This document shows, piece after piece, positions 11,101 to 21,920 of a DNA stretch of 64,000 nt. Under the pieces are notes generated by a model that was given only the letters and a program-made list of their open reading frames with translations, had not been told where the DNA came from and did not search any database. A program made the position numbers and the translations under genes. The DNA lies in IMG/VR virus record IMGVR_UViG_3300046171_000138, one strand, 5' to 3'. The first letter of the stretch is position 1. Each line of letters starts with the position of its first letter. The DNA is from a virus.

Positions 11101-13541
11101 CCTTAATTGGTACATATCAGACTAGACTAAATGGTACTCTGGAAGTTGGTGCTTTCGCTGGTACATCTATCGCTAGAATCTTCACCACTGCAGCTACGCT
11201 GAATATTGGTGACGGACAGAACACTACGAGAGTTACTGTTGGTGCTAACTCTTCTACGGTAGACATCGCAGCACTTGGTGGTCGCACCACGATTAGAAAC
11301 TCGCTACTCGTTCAGGGTAGCACCACATCCAACTCCACCATTAAATTGTCTGGTGGTCTAAATGCTGGTATTATTGCAATTGATAGAGCAAGATTCGGCA
11401 CTTCTCCATCGGAGCATATCGTTGGATCTCTCGACAATCCTAACATCACGTTCCTCAAGTACATCCAGCTTGGTAGACAAATTGATACCGCTGGTGTTGG
11501 ACCTTGGGGTGGCGATCAGTACCTCCTATCTGGTGGTCAGGTTGCTGCAATTGATAACATTACTCCAGAATCGAGTGCAACATGGGTTGCTAACGAGACT
11601 TATTCGTTCATCACACCTACTGGTGGTACAGGTAACGGTGCTCTGTTCACTGTTCAGGTTCTATCTGACGGTACAGCAGACATTAGTCTAGTATCTCCTG
11701 GTTCTGGTTACTCTGACAACGATCTGCTGACTATTGAAGCAGCGAAGTTGGGTAACTCTGGCGGTGCTGATCTATCATTTAGGGTTAATGGAACTAATGA
11801 TTCTGGTAACGTATACTTACTACCAGTCACTAAACCATCTGTCAATGATTTCCAGATTGGTGATCTACTGTTTATCGAGAGATCAGTACAGGTAACTGGA
11901 CAGGATACAAACATTTCTCCTGTTGGTGAACAGTACAGTGAACTTCTTGAAGTTGCTGGTCTTACTAATATCACCGACCCTGCTGATCCTCTCGGTTTCA
12001 GAATCTTGGTTACTCGTGCTAAAGATGGTACGACTGCAAGAACTGATCACCCAGATAATGCAATCGTCTCCAAGTTTGATAAGCAACTCAATGCTTCGTT
12101 TATCACTGGATTTGACTTTGATAACAATGGAACTCTAGATCCTACATCTAGTGTTACGATTAACGATAATTCAATTCTAACAATCGTTGCTGATGGCACT
12201 GATATCGTCACCATTAATTGGAATAACGAGACTAACACTAGTGTTGGTGCTGATTACGGTGAGTTTATTACAATCGCGCAGACGGACATCGTTGGTCTAA
12301 ATGGTACATGGCCAATTCAAGGTGGTATCAGTGGTCCTGCATCTAGTCTACAGATCAAGACAAGTCAATATGTTTCGACAGGAACTTACGTCTGGTCTGA
12401 TCAGGCGGCATCTGCCGAACTTAAGATCAATAGTGGTGCTGGTCTACTGGCAGATTCGGCATCTGTTAGAATCGGCGTTGCAGAATTTGGTGGTGTTCTA
12501 ACTACCAGCGATTACCTGCTCCTATCTGATTCTGAAATTGTTAAGGTTGATGCTTTGGTATCTACCGACATTCAGTCTCTGATTGTCACAGACGGTGGTG
12601 ATCCTGAAGTTGAGGTATTTAAGGTTGAGTCTACAACTGGTAAAACATTCGTAGGCAACACACTATCGGTTGGACAAGGATTTAACAAGTTCATTGTTGA
12701 TGGTGGAACTGGTGATACCGTAACTCAAGGTAAACTAACCACCAATGATACTCTGAAGGTAAGAGGATCTGTTGTAGAACTGACCCAGTTCTTCACACTA
12801 ACCAACGGCGGTTCATCAGGTATTGCTGAAAGAAACACACTTCGTGTTGATACTGCAACTGGTGATCTAGAAATTTATGGTGGCGACTTCAATATCTTCG
12901 GACCTGATGGCACTACACCACGTCTACAGTTCAATAATTCTTCAGGTGACTTCACTACCTTCGGTTCATTCTCTGCTCTGGGAACTGGAACATCTGTATT
13001 TGGTGGTAGTATCCTTGCTGGTGGTGATCTTACTGTCAACGGCGGTGATCTAACGGTTAACTCTGGTGGCACTGAAGTCTTCGGTGTTGATGAAGATGGC
13101 GCTGTTACTGTCGCTGGTATCTCCAACTACTTCTCACAAACTGGTGGTCGTAAGTGGGTCTACAGCGATTCCTTTGATGTTGATGCAGAAGCAAATACAA
13201 ACTACTTCCTCAATATCTCTCAAAATACGGTCGTTAAATTGCCTACAGGAGCTTTGATTGGTGACATGATTAGAATCGTTGATATCGGCGGTCTACTTAC
13301 CTACAACCTCTCGCTGGTTGTAAGAGCACCATCTACAATTAAAGTTCAAAATGCAAGTGATAACACAGGCACCACTCTATTGACGGGTAATACTGCTGAC
13401 CTAAATGGTTATGATGGTGGCGAACTAGTCGTTCAGACACCTAACGCTGGATTTGCACTAGTATTTGCTGGTACAACTGATCCAGATGGTAATACCGCAG
13501 TTCCAATAGGAAAAGACGGATGGTTCTTAATCGAGGTTTGA
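2171..13541 (+). CDS. Giant virion structural/fibre protein (~3,790 aa reconstructed), interrupted by 9 single-base indels between 4793 and 6920
   Basis: N-terminus MPLTRLDNL...YVSPDDFNATD..DNRGNSPLRPFKSIQRAFLE is typical of cyanomyovirus giant structural proteins. Fragments 2171-4795, 4716-5516, 5520-6401, 6274-6507, 6551-6793 and 6915-13541 join into one continuous frame. The C-terminus has the fibre module NYFLNISQNTVVKLP...GDMIRIVD. Confidence 0.8.
2490..2900 (+). repeat. Three tandem ~44-aa coding repeats
   Basis: Unit AAEI..(H/F)PDFF(Y/F)PG....(R)(Y/F)(A/K)D(A/G)YRL(V/I)Q(L/Q)NR.EI(V/I)D, with a period of about 130 nt. Confidence 0.85.
2954..4500 (+). repeat. Four ~125-aa KCKRD(I/L)G helical repeats (fifth copy at 6270)
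   Basis: (K/E)CKRD(I/L)G at 2954, 3314, 3686 and 4073, and KCERDIG at 6270. Each is followed by GGN. In the four tandem copies a second Cys follows (CANV twice, CADV, CIDV). Confidence 0.85.
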
Positions 13542-13545
13542 TTTA

Positions 13546-14922
13546 ATGTTCTACCAGGAGTCAAAGACAGCAAGAGCGGCAGTGGTTGGAACCATCATGC
13601 CATGGACGGGAGGGTTGAGTGACATCCCTCCTGGGTGGATTTTATGTAGTGGTGGTGTTGTAGATGCTGCAGATTATCCATTGCTTACACAAGCAGTTGG
13701 TAATACATATGATGCTTTAGGTGGATCTATTACAGGAAATTTCCCAAATTATACTGGGACAATTAAACTCCCTGATTTGAATGAAAAAGCTTTGATGGAT
13801 ATTGAAACTTCTTACTTTGCTCCCAGAGCATCTGGTGGTACTGGTAGGGATGCAGATATAGATCCTGATGCGCTCACTATTATGTCGCCAATTATCGGTG
13901 ACAATGAGGATAATGGTATTACTACTATCTTCACAAATGTCACTATTGATGTTATCTTTAATATCAATGCAGATGACAGAACTGGATACCAAGGAAAAAT
14001 TACAGGCAACACAAAAGAAGATGGAGAAGGTGTTGCTACAGTTTATACTGGTCCCAGAAAATTAGGAAGAAAGCACGTCAAGAGACATAATCACCCAGGA
14101 ACATATCCAACTCTGGAGGTTCAGAATCCACAATTACCTGGAGATGGTGTTGCTGGTTACGAGAATATTGCGTACACCTTATATCACTCACACGTTGATA
14201 ACGAGGGTGGTGGTCAAACAGGAGATACTTATTACTTTGGTTGGTCTGATGATAGTGCTGGTGATGGTTCGACTAGTAATGTTAATGCTGCTCCTGGACT
14301 CGCAGCTGGTAATGTAACTGGTAGTACAACTCCAGCTGGTGCAGAACTTGATTACATGTTTACTTGGCCAGCAGCTAATGCTACAATACCATCTGGATAT
14401 AATGGAGGATCGCAGGGTGTTGTTGTAGCACATGTGAGATCGGAGAACCCTCCCGTTAACATGAAACCCCAATCCGTACTAGGATCTCCAATTTCAAGTC
14501 AATTTGCTGTAACTAATTTAAGACCTGAAGGACCATTTTTGGATTCTAATCGTGCGGTTCCAGCTGCAGCTCGTGGTGGTAGTTTTAATATTCCTTCTGG
14601 TCTTAAGAACTACTATGATTCTTCAAATCAAACAGCATCACAAGTTCGTGCTACGATGATGAGTCATGCTGGAGTTAATTTTACCTCTAATGATCTGGGT
14701 TTAGGTGGTAATGTAGGTGATTCCATTGAAGCACATGATCACGGAGAGTTTGATATTGAGTTTGACTCTGGTGGTTTGAGACCTGCAACTAGTATTATCA
14801 CTGACGTTAACTTGCCTGGTACAGTCAATGTAGATAATACACAGAATGAGAGAGCATTGCAAATAGATATGAACATCTCACAACCAACACTTTCCTGCAT
14901 ATACATCATCAGAGCATACTAA
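13546..14922 (+). CDS. Tail-collar domain fibre protein
   Basis: VGTIMPWTG..SDIPPGWILCSG.VVDAADYPLLTQAVGNTY...IKLPDL collar motif, an internal HxH motif (RHNHPG) and the C-terminus QPTLSCIYIIRAY. Confidence 0.85.
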   Translation: MFYQESKTARAAVVGTIMPWTGGLSDIPPGWILCSGGVVDAADYPLLTQAVGNTYDALGGSITGNFPNYTGTIKLPDLNEKALMDIETSYFAPRASGGTGRDADIDPDALTIMSPIIGDNEDNGITTIFTNVTIDVIFNINADDRTGYQGKITGNTKEDGEGVATVYTGPRKLGRKHVKRHNHPGTYPTLEVQNPQLPGDGVAGYENIAYTLYHSHVDNEGGGQTGDTYYFGWSDDSAGDGSTSNVNAAPGLAAGNVTGSTTPAGAELDYMFTWPAANATIPSGYNGGSQGVVVAHVRSENPPVNMKPQSVLGSPISSQFAVTNLRPEGPFLDSNRAVPAAARGGSFNIPSGLKNYYDSSNQTASQVRATMMSHAGVNFTSNDLGLGGNVGDSIEAHDHGEFDIEFDSGGLRPATSIITDVNLPGTVNVDNTQNERALQIDMNISQPTLSCIYIIRAY

Positions 14923-14923
14923 A

Positions 14924-15841
14924 ATGGCAAAGTCAATATCTACTAATTACGCCAGACAGAAATCTCACTGGGGTGGTGTTCCTGGAACTATTCAGATGCA
15001 TACTGTTTACGGAATGGGATTTAATAATGATCCTAGTACGGCAGTATTCAGAGATAATATTCCTGGTGGATTTTTGAGGTGTGATGGATCTATTCTAAAT
15101 GTAAAAGATTATCTGCTATTGTCTAAAATTTTAGGTGTAGGAACCGAATGTAGATTTGCAAAAGAAAATGCAGTTCTACGTGATCCAGATGCTGACACAG
15201 GAGATCTTGGAACATTTCAGATACCTGACCTAGGATCTAAAGTTATCATCGGTGGTAGAGGATCTGGTGAGTATCGTGATACAACAATGGAGAACAAGCC
15301 CAACCAGAATAAGGTTGGTGTTGAAGTAACTCCACAGACACCTCTTGGCGAAAGACTATTTACAAATTACGTCTCTAATACTGGTGATGGCATGAAACTT
15401 ACTGCACAAACATCTATTCCTTTTAGAGGCAATATCAAGTACAACATGCCCTCTTATGTAAGTCCAGAGATTCTTTCTATTGAACAGTATCAAGCACATC
15501 AACATGAGGCTGACTCACACGTTCTAAACACCACAGCGTCTCAATATCGTATTGATGGTGATGGACTAACTGGCGACAGCTCCACAGCATATAGTGCAAA
15601 TGTAGAGGCAGAAAATATTTTGGATGAAACTCAACCAAACGTTCAGAGAGGTTCACCTAGTCACGATCACAGAATTTCAAAACCTTTCACTTACTCTCAA
15701 AACTTCAGTTATTCTTTCCCTGCTGCTAATATTCCACTAGATGACATGGAATCATACATCGATGTTGACACAACTAATTTAGAAGTATTGAACCAGGTTG
15801 TAACTCCTTTCATTATGGTACATTACATTATCAAGTTTTGA
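14924..15841 (+). CDS. Tail-collar domain fibre protein
   Basis: PGTIQMH...PGGFLRCDGSILNVKDYLLLSKILG...FQIPDL, HQH and HDH motifs, and the C-terminus VTPFIMVHYIIKF. Confidence 0.85.
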   Translation: MAKSISTNYARQKSHWGGVPGTIQMHTVYGMGFNNDPSTAVFRDNIPGGFLRCDGSILNVKDYLLLSKILGVGTECRFAKENAVLRDPDADTGDLGTFQIPDLGSKVIIGGRGSGEYRDTTMENKPNQNKVGVEVTPQTPLGERLFTNYVSNTGDGMKLTAQTSIPFRGNIKYNMPSYVSPEILSIEQYQAHQHEADSHVLNTTASQYRIDGDGLTGDSSTAYSANVEAENILDETQPNVQRGSPSHDHRISKPFTYSQNFSYSFPAANIPLDDMESYIDVDTTNLEVLNQVVTPFIMVHYIIKF

Positions 15842-15842
15842 T

Positions 15843-17348
15843 ATGGCTCAATACAACAGTCAATATACTTATAGTAGTAGCTTAACATTAAGAGCTGATG
15901 TAAAATACGTCCAGTATATTACTGTTGCTGGTGGTGGAGGTGGTGCTAGACCTTTTGCTGGAGCTGGTAGAATTCCTCAAAATGGTGGCGATACCAGACT
16001 CAACACAACAGGATTATGGTCTCAAGGTGGTAGAGCTGGCGAACTAAATCGTGGTGGTTATGGTGGATACGGAAACTATTCCTATGGTAGGAATGGTCAG
16101 ATCAATAATTCTGGTGGTGAGTTTTTGCGTGCTGCGTCTGGTTATGGACCATATGGATTTGGTGGTGCAGGACAGTGGCGAGGTCCGCCAAACTCTGGCG
16201 GTGGTGGTGGCGGCGGTGCGTCAATCGCAACATATTATCGAGGATCAAATGGTGCTGTTGGTGGTCAAAGCGTAGGTTGGACTATCGGACAAGGTGGAGT
16301 GCAGGGTGGTAATGGTAATAGAAGAAGAGGTTATGTTGGCGGGATTTATATCAATCAAACCACTTATGATAGACCTGCTGCTAGTATAAGTGCCAATCCT
16401 TCTTCTATCATTTTAGGAAGCTCCACTACATTAACCTGGACTACATCTGGCGATATTGATAGTGTTAACATTAGTGGAATAGGTAATGTAAGTACGAGTG
16501 GATCTTTAGCTATTACTCCATCAGGATCAGGAAATTGGACAATTAATGCAATTAATCCAGCATATACAACACAGGATACAGTTACAGTTACGGTATTAAT
16601 TCCACCAATAGTTAACATGTATTTTGACAATGACACTATTGTTTTGGGAGAAAGTGCTGAATTGTTCTGGAATGTTAGTGGTGATGCTAGTCAAATGTCT
16701 ATTGATAATGGAATTGGTGTTACTAACCTGACGGGTAGTCAAATAGTTACACCAACACAATCTGTAGTTTATACAGGAACTGCTACTGGTGCTGGTGGAA
16801 CAGGTAGTGACACTGCTGTGCTAACAGTATTGCCACCACCATCATTGAGTGTTTCTGGTCCAATTGTTGTTGACTATTTGGATGACATGGCTTTTAGCGT
16901 CAGTGCTACAAATGTACCTGGTGGTGTTAGTTTTACTACTGCATATCTTAATACAAATCAGAGTCAAGAACAGGAAGCTTCAGTAACTATTCCAGGTAGT
17001 AATGGTGATCTGGTTGAGATTACAGATTTTTCATATACTCCTGCATATGATAATTTTGGTCCAACATCAGTAACATTTTTGTTTACTGCCAATGGATATG
17101 GTGGATTGCTGGCATATGAGCAAGTAGTTATTCCTGTCAATATCGACCAGACACCAGATGCTATTGATATTCCCTCAACTGAAGATAAGTTGAGAGATGA
17201 AGCGCCTGTTGTCACACCTAACGTTGAGGTTACAACAGAACAGATTGTGGTTGAGGATATTGATATCCCTGTTGAGATTAAGTCTGATTATCCCATTCAG
17301 GTTGAAATCGAGAACGGTGATGTCTGGTATGATGTGAGGCAAATCTAA
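15843..17348 (+). CDS. Adhesin-like fibre paralog 1 (Gly-rich tip, Ig-like repeats, shared C-terminal module)
   Basis: Gly-rich N-terminal ~170 aa, SISANPSSIILGSSTTLTWT-type repeats, and the C-terminus IDQTPDAIDIPSTEDKLRDEAPVVTP...WYDVRQI. Confidence 0.75.
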   Translation: MAQYNSQYTYSSSLTLRADVKYVQYITVAGGGGGARPFAGAGRIPQNGGDTRLNTTGLWSQGGRAGELNRGGYGGYGNYSYGRNGQINNSGGEFLRAASGYGPYGFGGAGQWRGPPNSGGGGGGGASIATYYRGSNGAVGGQSVGWTIGQGGVQGGNGNRRRGYVGGIYINQTTYDRPAASISANPSSIILGSSTTLTWTTSGDIDSVNISGIGNVSTSGSLAITPSGSGNWTINAINPAYTTQDTVTVTVLIPPIVNMYFDNDTIVLGESAELFWNVSGDASQMSIDNGIGVTNLTGSQIVTPTQSVVYTGTATGAGGTGSDTAVLTVLPPPSLSVSGPIVVDYLDDMAFSVSATNVPGGVSFTTAYLNTNQSQEQEASVTIPGSNGDLVEITDFSYTPAYDNFGPTSVTFLFTANGYGGLLAYEQVVIPVNIDQTPDAIDIPSTEDKLRDEAPVVTPNVEVTTEQIVVEDIDIPVEIKSDYPIQVEIENGDVWYDVRQI

Positions 17349-18694
17349 TGCCACAAGTTAGTATTTCATGGTCTAGAAACGCAGGAGACAGTAACTACCT
17401 ATATGGTATGCCTGGTGGAACTATTGGTCCCAATAGTGGTAGTAGAACTGTAAATGTTGGGTGGAATCAAACATACAATCTATCTGCTAATGGTAGCGGT
17501 CCTGGCAATGTTGCCATGCGAAGACTAAACAACAACACACTTGGTCTTGACGATAGACAAGGTGCTGGAGCTGATGGTGACTACAATGACATGATCATAT
17601 ATGTCAACAATGGTGGATTTATTAATAACAGTCAGTATCGTAGTCCCACACCTGTATATGGATGTACAAACAGTGCTGCAATTAATTACAATCCATCTGC
17701 ACAAGTAGATGATGGATCTTGTGTTGTTGTAAACCCAACACTATATCTTACTTCTAGTAATAATCCACTTATCAGAGGACAAAGCACTAATATATCGTGG
17801 TCTACTTCTTATGGACAGTACATGCAAAGTGCAACAGTAACTGGTATTGGTAATGTAAATACATCTGGTAGTAGTAGTATACAACCCCAAAGTTCTGGCA
17901 CATATACATTCACAGTATCATGGAATGGGGGAAGTAGATCAACGAGCTTGCAGCAGACTGTGTATATACCACCACAAATTACAGCATATTTTGATACAAA
18001 TACTATTGTTCTTGGAGGAAATACTAGATTATGGTGGTCAACTAGTGGTGATGCCAGCACTATGACTATCAGTCCTAGCATTGGAGCGACATTGTTGAGT
18101 AGTAATGCAATAGTACAACCAACACTGACAACCACATATACGCTTACTGCTAATGGTGTTGCTGGATCTACTAGTGAACAACTCACTTTAACAGTAATTC
18201 AACCACCATCACTAGAAGTTAGTGGTCCAATTGTAGTACCATATGGTCAGGAAACTATTAATTTTTCTTACGAAGTAACAAATGCAAATAGTGTAGATGT
18301 AGAGGTGATACAGAGAGATTTAGATAATAGTGATACCACTTATAATTTCACTACTTCTACTGACGCATCTTTATATGAATATACTCCAGTCTGGGGAAAT
18401 CGTGGACCTATGGCAATTATTGTTACTATGACTGCTAATGGTCAAGGAGGATTGATAAGGATTAGGCAAGTTACCGTTCCTGTTAGTATCGATCAAACAC
18501 CAGATGCTATTGATATTCCCTCAATTGAAGATAAATTGAGAGATGAGCAACCAGTTATTACCCCTGATGTTGAGGTTACTAGTGAACAGATTGTTGTTGA
18601 TGATATAGATATTCCTGTAGAAGTTAAATCTAATTTTCCTGTTCAGGTTGAGATCGATAATTCTAATGTCTGGTATAACATAAGAGAGCTATGA
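17348..18694 (+). CDS. Adhesin-like fibre paralog 2 (putative Ca/lectin-like tip)
   Basis: Tip contains LGLDDRQGAGADGDYNDMIIYV, followed by YGCTNSAAINYNPSAQVDDGSC and the shared C-terminal module. Confidence 0.75.
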   Translation: MPQVSISWSRNAGDSNYLYGMPGGTIGPNSGSRTVNVGWNQTYNLSANGSGPGNVAMRRLNNNTLGLDDRQGAGADGDYNDMIIYVNNGGFINNSQYRSPTPVYGCTNSAAINYNPSAQVDDGSCVVVNPTLYLTSSNNPLIRGQSTNISWSTSYGQYMQSATVTGIGNVNTSGSSSIQPQSSGTYTFTVSWNGGSRSTSLQQTVYIPPQITAYFDTNTIVLGGNTRLWWSTSGDASTMTISPSIGATLLSSNAIVQPTLTTTYTLTANGVAGSTSEQLTLTVIQPPSLEVSGPIVVPYGQETINFSYEVTNANSVDVEVIQRDLDNSDTTYNFTTSTDASLYEYTPVWGNRGPMAIIVTMTANGQGGLIRIRQVTVPVSIDQTPDAIDIPSIEDKLRDEQPVITPDVEVTSEQIVVDDIDIPVEVKSNFPVQVEIDNSNVWYNIREL

Positions 18695-20361
18695 CTGTAA
18701 GTTTTAGTAAATTTAGTCCTGGAAGTATTACTTGGTCGGTCCCAGCATATGCTACTAACGTAACCTTTACAGTGGCTGCAGCAAATGGTGGAGGATCTCA
18801 ATCTACTACATGGAATCATTCGCGTGGTGGTTTTGGTAGAGCAGGTAACTTTACTATTGCAACAAGATCTTATGCATATAATTTAACTTTCTATCTCGGT
18901 TCTGCAGGTGCTAAAGGACAAGGACCCCAGAATCCTGGTGGATCTGGTGGTGGTTCTCCATTAGCAGGTGGTGGTAGGGGTCACCGTTCTGGTGGTGGCG
19001 GAGGCGGAGCTTCTGGCGTTTACGATAGTGGATTAGGAAGATACATCGCATGGGTCGGTGGCGGTGGTGGTGCTGGTAGGTTTGATAACCAAACTGGTGT
19101 TAGTGGATATTATTCTGCTGGTCGTGGTATTGGTGGTGGAGGCACTAGTAGTTCTCCGAGCTGGAGAACAGGTGGAACTGCCCCTGCTGGTCACCGTGGC
19201 GGTGGTGGTGGTGGATCAACTGCTGGTGGCGCTGGTGGATATGGAGGTGCAACAACCACTAATGGATATGCTGGTATTGGGGGCAACTCTGGGTGGTATA
19301 ATAATGGAGATATTGGTTGGATTACTAACAGTGGTTATGGAAACTTTGGTAACGGATATGGTGTTCTATCATATACAAATCCACCACCAACGATTAGTGT
19401 ATTTACAATCAATCCTTCTACACTAATTCTTGGAAATTCTTTCCAGATGCAGTGGAATGTTACTGGTGCAGTTTCGAGCGTAAATATTACTCCAGAACCT
19501 GGATCATCATCTACTTCTGGTAGTGGTACATTTACTCCCTCTCAAGATGCAACTTATACATTAACTGCAAGTGGACCTGGTGGAACAGTAGCGCAAAGTA
19601 TTCCTGTTGATATCAAGATACCGCCAGAAATTATATTATCAGTAGATAAACCCCAGATTACAGTTGGAGATGTTTTTACCTTATCGTGGGTAACTACTGG
19701 AGATGCTAATACTGTTAATATCAATCCTGGAGTTGGATCGACCAATCTTGTTTCAAGTATAGCACTCCAACCTACACAAACTACAACATATACGGCAGTT
19801 GCTAGCGGTCTTGGTGGAAGTGATACAGACCAGATTACTGTTGAGGTTGTGTATCCTCCAGAAGCTTCCTTAAATGGTCCAATATCTGTTGATTATGGTA
19901 ATGATATACTCCTGACATATAGCACAACAAATGCTACTGAACCACCACAGTTATTGAGAAAATATGTCAGTCAAGGTAATCCAGATCCAGATTGGACCTT
20001 GTATACAACTGTGCCAGCAGGAAATACTAGTCAAGGAAGCATTTTATTCCAACCAGATTATGATGACTTTGGACCAGATGTTATTTTGTTCCAGTTATAT
20101 GTCATTGGTGATGCTGGATTGTATTCTACTGCTCTTTTCAATGTATCAATCAATATCGATAGAACACCTGATGCTATTGATATTCCATCATCAGAAGATA
20201 AACTTCGTGACGAACAACCAGTTATTACACCTGATGCGGTAGTAACATCAGAACAAATTGTGGTTGATGATATTGATGTTCCTGTTGAAATCAAAGCAGA
20301 TCAACCTATTCAGGTTGAGATAGATGATAGCGGTACATTCCAAGAGGTTAGGGAGATCTAG
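18691..20361 (+). CDS. Adhesin-like fibre paralog 3 (Gly-rich tip)
   Basis: WSVPAYATNVTFTVAAANGGG...GGGGG glycine-rich domain and the shared C-terminal module. Confidence 0.75.
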   Translation: MTVSFSKFSPGSITWSVPAYATNVTFTVAAANGGGSQSTTWNHSRGGFGRAGNFTIATRSYAYNLTFYLGSAGAKGQGPQNPGGSGGGSPLAGGGRGHRSGGGGGGASGVYDSGLGRYIAWVGGGGGAGRFDNQTGVSGYYSAGRGIGGGGTSSSPSWRTGGTAPAGHRGGGGGGSTAGGAGGYGGATTTNGYAGIGGNSGWYNNGDIGWITNSGYGNFGNGYGVLSYTNPPPTISVFTINPSTLILGNSFQMQWNVTGAVSSVNITPEPGSSSTSGSGTFTPSQDATYTLTASGPGGTVAQSIPVDIKIPPEIILSVDKPQITVGDVFTLSWVTTGDANTVNINPGVGSTNLVSSIALQPTQTTTYTAVASGLGGSDTDQITVEVVYPPEASLNGPISVDYGNDILLTYSTTNATEPPQLLRKYVSQGNPDPDWTLYTTVPAGNTSQGSILFQPDYDDFGPDVILFQLYVIGDAGLYSTALFNVSINIDRTPDAIDIPSSEDKLRDEQPVITPDAVVTSEQIVVDDIDVPVEIKADQPIQVEIDDSGTFQEVREI

Positions 20362-20363
20362 AC

Positions 20364-21920
20364 ATGGCGGGAAGTGCTGGACAACTACATAGATTTGATT
20401 CGTTTTTTAACCCTAATAATCCTGGCGGGGATTCTTTTTATACCTCAAATCCTGGTGGAGAATCTTTGGGTGCATACTACCAGACTGGAACTAATGTATG
20501 GAACCTATTCATGGGCATGAGTTCTACTGGAATTAATGGTCAAAGTGTGTCTTATGTCTACAGATTTTGGAGTTCTAGCATCAATGATCACCTATTCAAG
20601 ACTTCATCTGGTACTCCTCAAAACTATCGTCGTGAAGGTATTATTGGTGTGGCATTTACGAGCAATGGACCATATCGCCAAGCAATCTATAGATATTATA
20701 AAAGTTCTACTGGCGACCATAGATATGACACTAGTAGTAGTACACCTAGCGGATATGTATTCGAGGGTATTGCGTGGTATTCTCCTATTCTCGTCTATGG
20801 ATGCAAAGATCCCAATGCTACTAACTATAACGGATGGGCAAATCAACCCAGCACAGGATGTAACTATACTGTATACGGGTGTACTGATCCAAATGCCTCT
20901 AACTATAATCCAAGTGCTAATGTTAATTCTGGGTGTACATATCCTACTCCAAGTGTAAGTTTGAGTATTAGTCCTAGTTCTATTATTCGAGGACAAAGCG
21001 CCACAATATCATGGAGTGCATATAACTCTACCTCTCAAAATATAACTGGTCTCGGTAATGTTGGTGGCAGTGGAAGTCAATCAGTAAGTCCTACCACTTC
21101 TACATCATATACTCTTACTGGAAATTATTATGGATATACAAATGCGTCTGTTAGTAGGACCCTCACTGTTTATCAACCTCCCAGTATACAATTTAATGTA
21201 GATGATAGTGAGATTGTTAGTGGTGCTAATACAACACTGCGTTGGAATGTATCTGGTAGTGTAAATTCAGTTACTATTGATAATGGAATTGGTGTTACTA
21301 ATCTAAATTCTTACCAAAATATTTCTCCAACAGTAACCACCACATATACTCTGTCTGCTTCTGGTCCTGGTGGAACTGGTAGCGGAACAGTCACAGTTGT
21401 TGTAGTTGATCCACCAGAAGTTGCGATTAATGGTCCTATAGTGGTAAATTATGGAGACAACGTAACTATTTCTCATGAGATGGTGAAAGCAGTAACAACT
21501 TATGAGTTGCAAATACTAGAAACTGATCTGGATAATAACACCGCAGCACCACCTGTAAGTCCTGTTAATCTTGGACCAGGACAATCTGCGAATAGCACAT
21601 ATACTCATTATGTTACATATCATGATAGAGGACCACGCTCTATTTCATATGTTTTGTATGCAGTTGGACAGGCTGGTTTAACTGCTATTGATCAACTTAT
21701 TGTGCCTATTAACATTGACCAGACACCTGATGCTATTGAGATTCCATCATCAGAAGATAAACTACGTGATGAACTTCCAGTCATTACTCCCAATATCGAA
21801 GTTACCACCGAACAAATTGTTATTGATGACATAGATATTCCAGTAACAATTAAAGCAAGTCAACCTATTCAGGTAGAAATTGATGATAGTGGTACATATC
21901 TGCCAGTAGAGGAACTATAA
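20364..21920 (+). CDS. Adhesin-like fibre paralog 4 (DUF5648/AbfB-like triple-repeat tip)
   Basis: Repeats LHRF..GDSFYT, VYRFWSSSINDHLF..YRREGI and IYRYYKSSTGDHRY..YVFEGI, two YGC.DPNA.NY repeats, and the shared C-terminal module. Confidence 0.75.
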   Translation: MAGSAGQLHRFDSFFNPNNPGGDSFYTSNPGGESLGAYYQTGTNVWNLFMGMSSTGINGQSVSYVYRFWSSSINDHLFKTSSGTPQNYRREGIIGVAFTSNGPYRQAIYRYYKSSTGDHRYDTSSSTPSGYVFEGIAWYSPILVYGCKDPNATNYNGWANQPSTGCNYTVYGCTDPNASNYNPSANVNSGCTYPTPSVSLSISPSSIIRGQSATISWSAYNSTSQNITGLGNVGGSGSQSVSPTTSTSYTLTGNYYGYTNASVSRTLTVYQPPSIQFNVDDSEIVSGANTTLRWNVSGSVNSVTIDNGIGVTNLNSYQNISPTVTTTYTLSASGPGGTGSGTVTVVVVDPPEVAINGPIVVNYGDNVTISHEMVKAVTTYELQILETDLDNNTAAPPVSPVNLGPGQSANSTYTHYVTYHDRGPRSISYVLYAVGQAGLTAIDQLIVPINIDQTPDAIEIPSSEDKLRDELPVITPNIEVTTEQIVIDDIDIPVTIKASQPIQVEIDDSGTYLPVEEL

